From an uncultured bacterium (lineage in GTDB: Bacteria > Chloroflexota > UBA5177 > JANWHV01), in contig CAVSOU010000011.1 in NCBI GenBank assembly GCA_963729625.1, positions 608,001-672,000 on the forward strand: DNA of 64,000 nt, given 5' to 3'. A model generated the notes under the pieces. It saw only the letters and a list, made by a program, of their open reading frames with translations, was not told the origin of the DNA and did not search any database. Position numbers and translations under genes: made by a program. Positions 37,303 to 48,301 of the stretch are shown piece after piece. The first letter of the stretch is position 1. Each line of letters begins with the position of its first letter.

Positions 37303-38901
37303 ATGAAGGCGGGGGATGACGCCAGCGTGGAGCAGTGGGGACTGTTCGAGGTCACACTGCACGGGAGCGAAGAGGGCAATCCGTTCCAAGACGTCGATCT
37401 CTGGGCGGAGTTCACGCACGAGAGAAACACAATGAGAGTCAGCGGATTCTACGCCGGTGGCGGGCGGTATTGCGTTCGCTTCATGCCACCATCGCAAGGC
37501 AACTGGCAGTACCGCACGCAGAGCAACCTGCGTGAGATCGACGGCGTCGCCGGAACATTTGCGTGTGGTGCACCGTCGAAGGAGAACCACGGCCCAGTGC
37601 ACGTCGCCGACCGCTACCACTTTGCCCATGCGGATGGCACACCGTTTCATCCTATCGGCACTACCTGCTACGTGTGGACCCTGCAGGGTGACGCGCTCGA
37701 AGCGCAAACGCTGGAAACACTTCGGCACGCCCCGTTCAACAAGCTGCGGTTCTGTGTATTTCCTAAACGCTACGTGTTCAACCTGAACGAGCCGCCAGCC
37801 TACCCGTTCCCCGGGGAGCTCCCGCGGGACCGCGTGATTGCAGTGCCCTCATTCACGAGCCGGCCGGCACCGCCGCCCGATGTCTGGGACTTCACCCGCT
37901 TCAATGTCAGTTACTTCGACCACCTCGAGCAACGCATTGTCGATCTGCAAAGGCTTGGCATCGAAGCCGATCTCATCCTGTTCCACCCCTACGATTCCGG
38001 CGCCTGGGGCTTTGATCAGATGCCGCACGAGGTCAACACCCGCTATCTGCGCTACTTGGTTGCACGCCTCTCCGCGTTCCGCAACGTCTGGTGGTCCTTC
38101 GCCAACGAATATGACTTGATGTTCAGTCACACAGAGAACGACTGGGACTTCTATTTCAAGTATGTGAGGGATCTGGATGCGTTTGACCATTTACGTTCGA
38201 TTCACAACTGCGTGGCCTTTTACGACCACAGCAAGGCGTGGGTCACGCACTGCAGCGTGCAGCACCATGACCTGGCGCGCGTGGCTAAATGGCAACGGCA
38301 ATATGGCAAGCCTGTTGTGGTGGACGAGTGCGGCTATGAAGGCAACATCGATCAACTCTGGGGCGATCTGCCGGCAGAGGAGCTGGTAAGGCGGTTCTGG
38401 CTTGGCTTCGTTGAAGGCGGATACGTGGGCCACGGCGAGACGTACTGGAACGAAGCAGAAGTCCTCTGGTGGTCAAAAGGCGGCGAGTTGCGAGGCGACA
38501 GTGTGCCGCGCATCGCCTTTCTTCGCCACGTGATCGATGGAGTGCCCGGCGCAGGTCTCGTCCCGCTCTCTCCGGTCCGCTTCTCGGAGTTCGATTCTAT
38601 CAGTGAAGCACGGGAATTCATCCAGTCGCAGGACCGGGAGAGAACGCCATTGGCGAATGACGCTCTCGGCTTTGAGGCGGCGGGGCGGTCCGGATCGGAC
38701 TATTTCCTGCTCTACTTCGGCGCGCATGAGCCGCTGTGGCGAACACTCAATCTTGGCCAGGGGGATTTCGCCATAGATGTGATCGACACATGGAATATGA
38801 CGGTCACGCGATTCGCGGAGCACGCCAACGGGCAGGTGCGGGTGGCACTGCCGGCCAAGCCGTATCAGGCCATCCGCATCGAACGGGCCTGGCTATGTTA
38901 A
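37303..38901 (+). CDS. DUF5060-DUF4038-DUF5605 putative glycoside hydrolase
   Basis: VEQWGLFE, GNPF, GTTCYVW, NKLRFCVFPK, WWSFANEYD, VVDECGYEG, GHGETY, IDTWNMT. Confidence 0.85.
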   Translation: MKAGDDASVEQWGLFEVTLHGSEEGNPFQDVDLWAEFTHERNTMRVSGFYAGGGRYCVRFMPPSQGNWQYRTQSNLREIDGVAGTFACGAPSKENHGPVHVADRYHFAHADGTPFHPIGTTCYVWTLQGDALEAQTLETLRHAPFNKLRFCVFPKRYVFNLNEPPAYPFPGELPRDRVIAVPSFTSRPAPPPDVWDFTRFNVSYFDHLEQRIVDLQRLGIEADLILFHPYDSGAWGFDQMPHEVNTRYLRYLVARLSAFRNVWWSFANEYDLMFSHTENDWDFYFKYVRDLDAFDHLRSIHNCVAFYDHSKAWVTHCSVQHHDLARVAKWQRQYGKPVVVDECGYEGNIDQLWGDLPAEELVRRFWLGFVEGGYVGHGETYWNEAEVLWWSKGGELRGDSVPRIAFLRHVIDGVPGAGLVPLSPVRFSEFDSISEAREFIQSQDRERTPLANDALGFEAAGRSGSDYFLLYFGAHEPLWRTLNLGQGDFAIDVIDTWNMTVTRFAEHANGQVRVALPAKPYQAIRIERAWLC

Positions 38902-39174
38902 GATTCGCGATGGCGAGCGGGGGCGTCTCGCTTCGGTTGTGCCACGGTGCGATTACGGTTATGGCAGAGAACCATCGAATCACGCTCGGCTCCAGCCGCC
39001 CTGGTGGCTGGTTTGATGGGATAGTCATTCGAACGACACCAACGCCTGGCGACTGGCGCGTCCTGCCTTCGTCCGACAACAGGCATAGGCGTGCGGTTGC
39101 AGGGCCCGCAACCGCGGCTGTTCCGCCGCCCACAACTCGCACCACGCGGGGAACGCGTCATCGACACACGTGTG

Positions 39175-40698
39175 CTATTCGCGGCTCACCTCAAGCAGTG
39201 TCACGCCATGCGGTTCGACCGTGCACGACCAATCCAAGATCCCGCCGTGCACGTTCAGCCTCTGGACAGAGACCGAGGGTTCCATGACACGTCGCAACGC
39301 TTTCAGATCCGCAGGCCGGATGTGCTCTGGGGCTCCCATCGCAAGCCATGCATCATAGACGCTGCCCCGATCGCGGTCGAAGCGCGTCGTCTGCACACGA
39401 ACGGGACCGTCCAGGCCGGAGAAGCGCATCGAAAACTGCTTGGGAGGTCGGCGCTCAAATAGCTCATATACCCTGCTGCCTTCGGCCAGCTGAAACGACC
39501 GGCTATCGTTTCCTTCCGTGCTGTAGTGGCAATAGTTCCAGAGCAGGACCACGAGCGCACCGTCAGGGCGCCGCGTAACAGCAAACGAGTCACCGCTACC
39601 CAACTCCTCCGGTCCCAGGCGGGATAGGAACCAGTATCCATGATAAGCTGGCTTCTTCAGACCCTGGGCGTTGACCAGACCGAATCCGCCATGGAAGGGT
39701 CTGTCTCCGAGCCGATTCTCTTCGAAAATATCGCTTACCGTCCAGAAGGAGAGGGAGTCGGCGAGCCCACGTGCCAGCCAGTTGTTGCGCACGATAAAGG
39801 AGGCCATGAACGCCGTATCGTGAGACGGATCGCGAGAGCTGGGGCTACTGCTCCATTCAGTGAAGTGCCTTTCCAGAGTTGCAAAATCCGGCGATACCGT
39901 GTTACGAACGCCGCCGAGATCGGTCAGTAGCCGATCCGGACCGTCCCACGTCATGTAGCCGTGACCCTCGAGGTCTACGGGATGCAACGTCGGGTAAGGA
40001 TGCGTGGAGAAGAAGTCGATGGGCAGATCTTGGTTGCGACAGGCGGCAAGGAATTCGTCGCCCCAGGGCGCCTGGCCGGCAACAGCGCCCGACCCCGATG
40101 AGGCCGGCCCGCCAACACGCAACATGGTGTCAATACGCTTGATGGCGTGGGCCGTTCGACTGTAGAGTTCCACGTACGCGCGGAAGTCGGCGCCCTGCCA
40201 GAAGATCGGCAGGTTGGGCTCGTTCCACACTTCAAAGTACCAGCGCCGGACCTCGGCAAGCCCGTAGCGATCGATGGCGTGCCGCACGAACTGCTCGACC
40301 AGCCACTCCCAGCGATTCCAATCTCTGGGAGGCGTGATGTTGGCTTTCCACCAGAAGACGGTCTCCGAGCCGCTGGCAAGATCGTAGGGCATGAAGCCAA
40401 GTTCGACGAATGGCCGGATGCCGAGGGCAAGCCAATGATCGTACACCAGATCGACGTACTGCCAGTTTAGAACAGGCAGCCCGTTGCTTTCGTGGTATAC
40501 CATCATATCCTCATGGAATAACCCGTGCATGCGAAGGTAGTCAAACGGCATGTCATGCTGCACCATCTCCAAGTGCTTCTGGAAGTCCGCCCGAAGCGCC
40601 TCCGCGACCCGACCGCCGCCGATGCAGACACGCCAGTGGGGCAACAGGTCCACGCCCGGCATGCCGCAGTCAATGGTGATATGAATGTGGTCGATCAT
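39175..40698 (-). CDS. Glycoside hydrolase family 39 (beta-xylosidase-like)
   Basis: RMHGLFHEDM, PFVELGFMP, EVWNEPN, FTEWSSS, SDIFEE, FHGGFGL. Confidence 0.93.
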   Translation of the reverse strand: MIDHIHITIDCGMPGVDLLPHWRVCIGGGRVAEALRADFQKHLEMVQHDMPFDYLRMHGLFHEDMMVYHESNGLPVLNWQYVDLVYDHWLALGIRPFVELGFMPYDLASGSETVFWWKANITPPRDWNRWEWLVEQFVRHAIDRYGLAEVRRWYFEVWNEPNLPIFWQGADFRAYVELYSRTAHAIKRIDTMLRVGGPASSGSGAVAGQAPWGDEFLAACRNQDLPIDFFSTHPYPTLHPVDLEGHGYMTWDGPDRLLTDLGGVRNTVSPDFATLERHFTEWSSSPSSRDPSHDTAFMASFIVRNNWLARGLADSLSFWTVSDIFEENRLGDRPFHGGFGLVNAQGLKKPAYHGYWFLSRLGPEELGSGDSFAVTRRPDGALVVLLWNYCHYSTEGNDSRSFQLAEGSRVYELFERRPPKQFSMRFSGLDGPVRVQTTRFDRDRGSVYDAWLAMGAPEHIRPADLKALRRVMEPSVSVQRLNVHGGILDWSCTVEPHGVTLLEVSRE

Positions 40699-40753
40699 CG
40701 GGTCTCAGCCCCAGAACAGCCTCCCCGCTCGACGCCGGTTGGTTCCCAAGCCT

Positions 40754-43150
40754 TCATGCGAGGTGCTCCTTATGACCGCGCCAAGGGCCGCGCCTGGCTT
40801 CTACGATAACCGCAGTCTCCTTCAGGAGCACCAGCGAGACGCGCGAAGCTCCATCGTTACCTAGCACCTGGCCAGATGACGCACAGGCAATCGTAGATGT
40901 ACCGGCAGGGAACGTCACGTTCACCGGCTGCGTCTTGGCTGAACGCAGCACGGCGCGAATATGCGTGGCGTTCCAAGTCAGGCTGTCGACAATGACCTGG
41001 CCGCGACAGGCAACACCCTCGATCGACCCGGTCGTCCATTGGGTTGGCAACGCGGGCAGCAGCTCGAGCGCGCCGCGACTCGACTGGACCAGCATGGCCA
41101 CAATCAGTTCTGGCAGGCCGCCGCCAATATCGACGTTGAAAATAGTACCAGCATCGTGCGTGGGCACGAGCGACGAGTTGAAGTAGCGTGAGGCGAGCAT
41201 GCCGACGATCGCGTACGCCTCATCGACCATGCGCAGATGTGCCGCCGCGAGGCCAAGCTGCACGAGCCCGAAAGCCATGTCCCCACCGTCTTGCTCGCGT
41301 CGCCACGCCATGCGCGCGTGGACGGCACGGCGGCACGCCTCCAGCAGATCAGGCCGGCCCGCGATCTCCGGGTCCACTTCGTACAGCACCGGATAGAGGT
41401 GGGACGCGTGCCGGTGAGCATGGTTGTCCTGCAGGCTCGGCCAGGCCCACTCCGCCAGAGCGCCGTCCTTGTTAACCGGATAGTCCGGCATTCTCCCCAG
41501 CATCTCGGCCCACTGTGGCACCATATCGGCATTGACGCGTAGCGTCTCGCTGGCGGTGATGAGGTTGCGCAGCAGGTCCTTGGCTACGGCGATGTCCATC
41601 GTCGCGTTCACGCAGGCCTGGGATGAAGAATTGGCTGGATGATTCTCCGGAGAGTAAGAGGGCACGAACACATACTTGCCATCTGGACCCTCGACGAGGA
41701 AGTCCTCGTAGAACTCCGCGACCTGTTCCATGAACGGGAGGGCACGGCTCGCCAGAAAACCGTCGTCGCCCGTGTACTGCCAGTAGTCGTAAAGGAATCG
41801 CGCAGCCCAGCCGGCACCGGCCGTCCAGAAGGTATGGCACCACGTTGCGTTGAAGTGATTCTGCAGCCCGTGGGTGCTCGTATGTGCCGGCAAGTAGATG
41901 CCGCGACAACCATACAGGCGCCGGGCATTCTCGCGCATATCGTCAACAAACGATTCGAGATAGGTGAAATAGGGCTGCAGCAGCTCGGGCGTGTTTGTAC
42001 TCAGCAGCGCCGCCAAGGCGGTCGGGCAGTTGCCGTTGTGCACGTAGCCGCCCGACCAGGCCGGGGCCCACGTGGCGGACCAGACACCTTGCAATGTAGG
42101 CGGTAGTTTCCCGCTACTGGAAATAACGGCGTAGCGGCATGCGTCGAATTCCTTCTCGAGTAGCGCCGGCAGCGGGCCATCTTGCCGCGACATAGCCAGA
42201 AGCTCTTCAGCCGGAAGCAGGCGCTCGTTCTCGCCGCCCAGGTCAAGCCGGGCACGATTGAAGAGGTCGCCGTGCACCGCGGCATGTCTGGCAAGTAGAC
42301 GCTCGAAGCTCAGGTCGAGTCTGCGGAGCCTACGGCGCAGGGCGGCGAGCGGCAGCGGGGCCGTATCGCTCACGTCGAGGGCGGCAAGCACGACGACCTC
42401 GTCGGCACCCCGGACTACCACGCCACGACCGTCGCTGGACGTGCTGCCGCCAGTTGCCACGATCCACGCGACCCCCGCATATCCGTACAGGCTGCCGGGC
42501 CACTTCCTGCTGAAGCGGCTGCGGTAGCTGAGCATGTCGCGTGAAATCCCGTACTCCACGTTCTTCACGCCCTCGCTGAAAACCTGGTTGTACTGCGGTC
42601 CACTCGTACCTGGCGGGGTGGTGTCCAGTTGGATGACCACGTCGATCTGCCCTCGGCCCGGGCCGCTAATCGACAGTGCGAGCACGTCATCCGGGCGAGA
42701 GACGAAGAGCCGTCGCGTGAACGCACCCCGATCGTCGGCCCAATGCACGGTGACGACCCCGGTGCCGAAGTCCGTGCCACGGCTGTAGCCCTTGATCAGT
42801 CCCACCGACCGCATGTGCAGGCGGAGGTCAAAGCCTGGCACCAGCGGATCGATCCAGCGCAGGCTGCTGCCGTACCCTTCCTGCGTTGCCTGTGTGACAA
42901 CCGCTTCGGAGGCGGCCTGGTACTGTCCCGCCAGCAGTTGGTCCCGGATCTTCGCGAGGAGCTCGGCTGTGTGCACAGGCGGCAGCGGCCGGTTCAGGGG
43001 CAGGAACAGTCGCTCGTGGCTGAGCGTGATGGTTTCATCGGTCGGGTCGCCGGCGACCAGTGCCCCCAGGGAGCCGCCGCCGCTGATCAGCCTGTTCTCC
43101 CACGAAGTCGCGGGAGCCAAACTCACAAAGCCACGATCGTCGGCGACCAT
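40754..43150 (-). CDS. Glycoside hydrolase family 95 (alpha-L-fucosidase/galactosidase-like)
   Basis: PPTLQGVW, HNGN, SYSPEN, HRHASHLYP, FNVDIGGG, LLPALP..W..GSIEG. Confidence 0.9.
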   Translation of the reverse strand: MVADDRGFVSLAPATSWENRLISGGGSLGALVAGDPTDETITLSHERLFLPLNRPLPPVHTAELLAKIRDQLLAGQYQAASEAVVTQATQEGYGSSLRWIDPLVPGFDLRLHMRSVGLIKGYSRGTDFGTGVVTVHWADDRGAFTRRLFVSRPDDVLALSISGPGRGQIDVVIQLDTTPPGTSGPQYNQVFSEGVKNVEYGISRDMLSYRSRFSRKWPGSLYGYAGVAWIVATGGSTSSDGRGVVVRGADEVVVLAALDVSDTAPLPLAALRRRLRRLDLSFERLLARHAAVHGDLFNRARLDLGGENERLLPAEELLAMSRQDGPLPALLEKEFDACRYAVISSSGKLPPTLQGVWSATWAPAWSGGYVHNGNCPTALAALLSTNTPELLQPYFTYLESFVDDMRENARRLYGCRGIYLPAHTSTHGLQNHFNATWCHTFWTAGAGWAARFLYDYWQYTGDDGFLASRALPFMEQVAEFYEDFLVEGPDGKYVFVPSYSPENHPANSSSQACVNATMDIAVAKDLLRNLITASETLRVNADMVPQWAEMLGRMPDYPVNKDGALAEWAWPSLQDNHAHRHASHLYPVLYEVDPEIAGRPDLLEACRRAVHARMAWRREQDGGDMAFGLVQLGLAAAHLRMVDEAYAIVGMLASRYFNSSLVPTHDAGTIFNVDIGGGLPELIVAMLVQSSRGALELLPALPTQWTTGSIEGVACRGQVIVDSLTWNATHIRAVLRSAKTQPVNVTFPAGTSTIACASSGQVLGNDGASRVSLVLLKETAVIVEARRGPWRGHKEHLA

Positions 43151-43210
43151 CTCCCCCTCTAGATCAAAGGGTACGCAACAGCGGCGCGCCCGGCACCGGG
43201 CGAATACGCC

Positions 43211-44137
43211 TCATTTGTTCTTTCGCCAGGAATGCCGGGGCATGTAGCCCAACCTCTGGCGCGCGCGCTCGATGCTGATGAGGAAGTCGTCCGGGCCCAT
43301 ATGAGCGGTCATCTCGGCCAGCTCCGGGTAGAGCCGGCGCACCGCGTCCCGCGGTGATTCACCCGTCGTGCGGTCGCTTGCCAGGTAGAATCGCTCATGC
43401 GGCTCCAGACTCGGCGTCTCAAGCGCCAGACGAAATGCCTGCGCCGCGTCTCTTCCATCCACATAGAGCCACCCATCGAAAGGAACAATAGTGGAGCCTT
43501 TGGGCGCTTGCACCCGATCGTGGAACCGTTGGGCGCTATCGTCGCGGTGTGCATAGTAGACACCCATCAAGCGGAACGCGACAGTGCGCACTCCGTAGGC
43601 GCGGGTATAGGCGGCAAGCATCTCCTCGTTCAACATCTTAGATAGGCTATACGAATCCTCGGGGGTTAACGGGTGGTCTTCGTCAATAGGCAGGTAGCTT
43701 GGATTCCAGGTGGCATCGCTGATGCGGAATCCCAGGCCCAGCACAAAGAACGTGCTGGCGAAGACAACCGTCTTCACCCCTGCGCGGCGGGCTTCGTCGA
43801 GGACGTAGTAGGTACCAAGGGTATTGACGCGGAACGTCTCGTCGTCCGGCGGGCTCTGCACACCAGGGCGCGAAAACCTGAGTGTAGGGTGATCGGTTGC
43901 GTACGGCATCGCACCGACATGGCAGACCGCCTCAGCATTCGCCGCGGCCAGTGCGGCACGGCAGTCTTCCGCGCTCGTCAGATCGCCTTGTACAAACGGC
44001 AGATCAGTCTGCCAGGGAACGGGCGCCTGTAAGGGCGCAAGGCGATCAAAGAGTGTGACGCGGTACCCGTGCTCAACGAGTTCTTCGGCGATACAACGTC
44101 CGAGATTCCCAGCGCCACCCGTGACCAGAACGTTCAT
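43211..44137 (-). CDS. NAD-dependent epimerase/dehydratase family protein
   Basis: VTGGAGNLG, LPIDEDHP, YSLSK, YVDGRDAAQA. Confidence 0.88.
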   Translation of the reverse strand: MNVLVTGGAGNLGRCIAEELVEHGYRVTLFDRLAPLQAPVPWQTDLPFVQGDLTSAEDCRAALAAANAEAVCHVGAMPYATDHPTLRFSRPGVQSPPDDETFRVNTLGTYYVLDEARRAGVKTVVFASTFFVLGLGFRISDATWNPSYLPIDEDHPLTPEDSYSLSKMLNEEMLAAYTRAYGVRTVAFRLMGVYYAHRDDSAQRFHDRVQAPKGSTIVPFDGWLYVDGRDAAQAFRLALETPSLEPHERFYLASDRTTGESPRDAVRRLYPELAEMTAHMGPDDFLISIERARQRLGYMPRHSWRKNK

Positions 44138-44197
44138 GAGCACCTACTCCCCTCCCCTCTAATGTCGCCCGCCGACCAGTGCAACGCGTGCCGCAGG

Positions 44198-44896
44198 CTA
44201 GTCTGCGGGCCACTCGGCCAATACCTGCTCACCAAGCTCCGAAATATGTGCGGACATTGATTCTTCCGCCTGTGCGATGCCGCCCTCGCGCAGCGCGGCC
44301 AGCAAGGGACGGTGACGTTCGGCAATATACAAGGGCCCGCGCCCGGCGAGGACGCGCACGCTGAGCATCGTCCAGTTGGAGGGATTGATGCTCGCCCAGG
44401 TCTCATGCAGCAACCGGTGTCCGCCCCGCGAGTAGAGATGGTCGTGGAAGCTGACATCGACGTCGACCATCCCCTCAGAGTTGCTTTCCTCGGCAAACGC
44501 CACCATCTGGTCGACCAGCCGTTCCAGATACTCGAAGTCCTCCCCGGTCAGGCGCGGCAGCGCCAGGCGTATGGCAAGCCGATCCAGGTGGGCGCGCAAA
44601 GAGTACATCTCGTGGATGTCCTGCCGCGTGAGCTGACGTACTACGGTGCCCCGGTGCGGCTGCGAGACGACTAGCCGGGCGCTCTCCAATCCACGCAGGG
44701 CCTCGCGAACCGGTGTAATGCTCACGCCGAACTGCCGAGCCAGATCTGCCTCGAGCAGGCGATCGCCCGGCTTCAGTTGCCCGGAGAGAATCGCGTCACG
44801 CAGCTGTTCGCGCACCTGGCGCGGTATGCTTCGAGCCACCGGGCGCAATCCGCTCCCGGTGTCGTCGCTGTTGCCCCACCCAGGTCGCGGCGCCAG
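44198..44896 (-). CDS. GntR family (FadR/FCD) transcriptional regulator
   Basis: LRDAILSGQLKPGDRL.E.DLARQFGVSITPVREAL; FH and H motifs of the FCD domain; start codon uncertain (frame open to 45049). Confidence 0.92.
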   Translation of the reverse strand: MAPRPGWGNSDDTGSGLRPVARSIPRQVREQLRDAILSGQLKPGDRLLEADLARQFGVSITPVREALRGLESARLVVSQPHRGTVVRQLTRQDIHEMYSLRAHLDRLAIRLALPRLTGEDFEYLERLVDQMVAFAEESNSEGMVDVDVSFHDHLYSRGGHRLLHETWASINPSNWTMLSVRVLAGRGPLYIAERHRPLLAALREGGIAQAEESMSAHISELGEQVLAEWPAD

Positions 44897-44989
44897 CCTC
44901 CCCCCCTCAAGCTTAAGGCGGGACGTCGTGGGAACTGCACTACTCGACGGGATCCTGATCAACCTGGTAGCCCCTTGTTCCGATTGCTT

Positions 44990-45057
44990 ATGAATTACAT
45001 CTTGCAATTCACTACTTATAAGATATATACTGTCAGTCGGATAATACACGGGTCAAG
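44990..45057 (-). promoter_or_regulatory. AT-rich promoter/operator region between divergent operons
   Basis: Minus strand TTGACC-18bp-CAGTAT; palindrome ACTGTCAGT 45029-45037; inverted repeat TGAATT-n9-AATTCA. Confidence 0.4.
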
Positions 45058-45252
45058 CCAAATCGTCAACCGGCCTACACGAGCCGACGGTAAAGGCTGG
45101 AGCATCCGCACTGCAACTTGGCTACTCAGCCGGCACAGCCCGCTGGAGGACGGCGGAGATACGGCACGCCTGCAATGCGGGGATGGCGGTTGTAGCACGA
45201 TGGCTTGGAAGATGGTTCACGTGCGCCGACAGCGGCGCGGTAGGAGGCTAGG

Positions 45253-46149
45253 GTGAAGATCGGATGCGTCGGAGTGCTGGTGCCGGAGCACGTCAAGCCT
45301 GCGGAGCGCCCGTACTACCAGATCCAGAAGGTCGCGGATCTCGGCGGGCAGATCACGGGTGTGATGGCTTGGGATCTGACCCCAGATGAGCGCAAGCGCT
45401 TGCGCGAGTTCGCCGACAGCAAAGGCATTGAGCTCGAGTGTTGGGTGGCCGGTGTGTTTGGCCTGGCCAGCGGCGATCCGGGACGCAGCGACGCGCGTGC
45501 CGACCTCGAGCATAGCCTCGACGCCGCGCTCGACCTGGGCGGCCCTGTGGTGCATACGGGTTACGGGCGCCTGCGGAAGCTGAGCAGCCGATTCAACCGC
45601 GATATCCCAGTCCCGGCCCACCTGGCGCGCCTGGCCGCCAGTCTGCGCGAGGCCGCCAAGCTCGCCGAAGAACGGGGCCAGACTATCGCCGTGGAGAATC
45701 ATTGCGACTTCAGTGGAAAGGAGCTGGCCTGGGTGCTCCGCGCGACGGAGTCGAAGGCCGTCGGAGCCGCGTTGGACACGGGCAACGCCTACACCGTTCT
45801 TTGCGATCCCTGGGAAGATGCGCTGGCGCTGGCACCACTCACGGTCACTACTCACCTCAAGGATATGAAGATCGTGGAGTTCCGCGACGAGATCGCCTTG
45901 ACCCCCGAGGATGACCGCGTCCCATTCCTGCCTATCGGCTGCGCCCTGGGCGAAGGCAACGTCGACATCATGGCAACGGTGGAGTTGCTGGCGAAGCAAT
46001 GCCCGCGCGGGTGGGACCTGCCACTAATTGTGGAGACCGGGTGGCTACCCAACGTGGCCGGCAAGACCAGGGCTGAACTGATCGAAGATGTCTTCCGGGC
46101 GAGCCTCGCCTACCTGCGCGCCAATCTGTCCGCTTACCTGTCGGCGTAG
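45253..46149 (+). CDS. Sugar phosphate isomerase/epimerase (xylose-isomerase-like TIM barrel)
   Basis: AVENH, LDTGN, HLKD, LGEGNVD; AGGAGG RBS. Confidence 0.88.
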   Translation: MKIGCVGVLVPEHVKPAERPYYQIQKVADLGGQITGVMAWDLTPDERKRLREFADSKGIELECWVAGVFGLASGDPGRSDARADLEHSLDAALDLGGPVVHTGYGRLRKLSSRFNRDIPVPAHLARLAASLREAAKLAEERGQTIAVENHCDFSGKELAWVLRATESKAVGAALDTGNAYTVLCDPWEDALALAPLTVTTHLKDMKIVEFRDEIALTPEDDRVPFLPIGCALGEGNVDIMATVELLAKQCPRGWDLPLIVETGWLPNVAGKTRAELIEDVFRASLAYLRANLSAYLSA

Positions 46150-46398
46150 CCCGTGCCGCGCCGGAGCGCGTTGAGGTTGGGAGCGATGGATCCTCGCCGA
46201 GGAACGAAGCCGGCACCGGTCATCGTTGCCACTTTGTCCCTGCTCGTCTTGCGCATCCTGCAACGGCGCGACGCCATCAAAAGCTTCACCGCATGACCGC
46301 TCAACGCCGAGTGAGGAGAGGGGGGGCACTGTGCACGTCTACCGGTCGTGGAGCAGTGGCGAGGTGAAGTCGAGACGGCGAGCTGTTGTTGAGGCGCA

Positions 46399-47193
46399 AT
46401 GGAGGAGACGATGATAACTGCCGAGTGTCCCCCGTTCAGCGAGCAGGCTACGATCCGCTTCTTTGGACGTCAGTGTAGCGTCACCGATCTCAGCCACGTC
46501 ATCGCGACGGACGATCCAACGTTCCCCGGTCACCAGCGACCGGTGATCTGGCAGCACCTCAGCCACGAGGAGACGCAGCGCTTCGGGCTGACCAAGCCGC
46601 CGTATTCCTATCAGGTCGTCGGCTTCACACTGTGCGACCACTCGTCGACACATGTCGACGCCATCAATCACATCGTCGCCCGCCCGGACGCGCGCTCAAT
46701 CGATCAATTGCCGCTGGCGTGGTTCATGGCCCCAGCAGTATGGCTGGATTTTGGCCACAAAGAGCCGAGCTCCTATATCACGCGCGAAGACGTGCAGCGG
46801 GAGATCGAACGTACCGGCGTGACCATTCAGCCTCAGTCGGTAGCTCTGTACCACACGGGCTGGTACCGCAAGTACCGCACCGACCGCTTCGGCTACATTC
46901 GCGACTATCCGGGCCTGGACCGTGGGGCGACCGAGTATCTGAACGATCTGGGCGCCATCTCGATCGGGGCAGACGCGCCGTCGATCGATTCATGGCATGA
47001 GGTCTCCGAGGTTCGGGTGCAGCCAGCCCACATCGTCTGTCGCGAGCGGGAGATTCTCAACATCGAGAACCTGGCTAACGTCGACACGATACCCTCCCAC
47101 GCATTCTGGTTCATCGGATTGCCGCTGAAGATCAAAGGGGGAACCGGCAGTCCGTTCCGGGGTGTGGCGATCGTGGACCTTGGTGCGGACTAG
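46399..47193 (+). CDS. Cyclase family (kynurenine formamidase-like) metal hydrolase
   Basis: DLSH, HSSTHVDA, YPGL, GADAPSID, IENLAN, LPLKIKGGTGSPFR. Confidence 0.9.
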   Translation: MEETMITAECPPFSEQATIRFFGRQCSVTDLSHVIATDDPTFPGHQRPVIWQHLSHEETQRFGLTKPPYSYQVVGFTLCDHSSTHVDAINHIVARPDARSIDQLPLAWFMAPAVWLDFGHKEPSSYITREDVQREIERTGVTIQPQSVALYHTGWYRKYRTDRFGYIRDYPGLDRGATEYLNDLGAISIGADAPSIDSWHEVSEVRVQPAHIVCREREILNIENLANVDTIPSHAFWFIGLPLKIKGGTGSPFRGVAIVDLGAD

Positions 47194-47257
47194 GGCGTAC
47201 ATCGATGCAGCGTGCGCTCCAAGTGCTGGCAACTCGCTGCCGGGAGAGGTAGTAGCA

Positions 47258-48175
47258 GTGACGATGGTAGCTGAAGTGGGATTCATCGGCATGGGACGGA
47301 TGGGCGGCCGCATTGCCAAGCGCCTGCTCGACGCTGGATATGTCGTCACCGGCTACAACCGGACCAAGTCCAGGTGCCAATGGCTACTGGATTTGGGCAT
47401 GCGGTGGGGTGCGACTGCGCGCGACACCGCCCGCTCGGCCGACCTTATCTTTAGTATGGTCGCGGACTCGGACGCACTCCACGCCATCGCCGAGGGACCC
47501 GATGGATTGCTAGCCGGCTTGGAAGCGGGAACAGTCTATGTGGACATGAGCACGGTGGCGCCGGCCGCGAGCCGGCAAGTGGCGGAGCAGGTCAGGGCTC
47601 GGGGAGCATGGATGCTCGACGCGCCTGTCTCAGGCAGTCCGCTCACCGTGGAGCAGGGGCAGCTGTCGATCATGGTCGGTGGCGAGCCGGCGGCGTTTGA
47701 ACGCGCCAAACCGGCGCTCCTGGCTATCGGACCGCGCGTGGCCCGCGTCGGAGCCAACGGCACAGCGGTCGCCATGAAGATCGCCATCAACCTGAGTCTT
47801 CCGGTGCAATTCCTGGCGTTCTCCGAGGGCGTGCTCCTTGCCGAGAAGAGCGGTATCGAGCGCGCGGCCGCCGTAGAGGCATTGCTCAACAGCGTCATAG
47901 CCTCGCCAGCGCTGCGCTATAGGGGACCGTTTGTGCTGGGACTGCCCGATGAGGCCTGGTTCACGGTGAACCTGATGCAGAAAGACATGCTACTGGCCCT
48001 GGAACTCGGACGCGAAGTTGGGATGGCGCTGCCTACCGTGGCCCTTGCGAACGAATGGCTCACTGCGGCGCGAGCCGCGGGCCTTGGTGAGCGCGATTTC
48101 GCCTCGCTCTTCCAGGTGGTGGCTCGGATTGCGGCGGCGGATGGCGCGAGCACCGCCATGCGAGGCACGGGCTAG
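47258..48175 (+). CDS. 3-hydroxyisobutyrate/2-hydroxy-3-oxopropionate reductase family dehydrogenase
   Basis: GFIGMGRMG, YNRT, DMST, DAPVSG, MK, QKDM. Confidence 0.9.
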   Translation: MTMVAEVGFIGMGRMGGRIAKRLLDAGYVVTGYNRTKSRCQWLLDLGMRWGATARDTARSADLIFSMVADSDALHAIAEGPDGLLAGLEAGTVYVDMSTVAPAASRQVAEQVRARGAWMLDAPVSGSPLTVEQGQLSIMVGGEPAAFERAKPALLAIGPRVARVGANGTAVAMKIAINLSLPVQFLAFSEGVLLAEKSGIERAAAVEALLNSVIASPALRYRGPFVLGLPDEAWFTVNLMQKDMLLALELGREVGMALPTVALANEWLTAARAAGLGERDFASLFQVVARIAAADGASTAMRGTG

Positions 48176-48301
48176 TTCTGGTTTCTAGGTCTACAACTGG
48201 GCACTTGGGTTTCGGTAGGTCGCTCTGAGCGTGGCCTCAGTCAAGGAGGTGGCCGCGGCCACGGCAGACGGCGAACACTGAATGAGGGAGGAGTACTGCA
48301 C

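Noticed and set aside
24310-45037. Shared 10-mer TACTGTCAGT at 24310 and 45028 as one regulon
   Set aside because: Only 10 bp and the flanks do not align, so chance is not excluded.
45253-46149. Assignment as 3-oxo-isoapionate decarboxylase (OiaC)
   Set aside because: Only the fold-level family is shared; I cannot recognise specific motifs.
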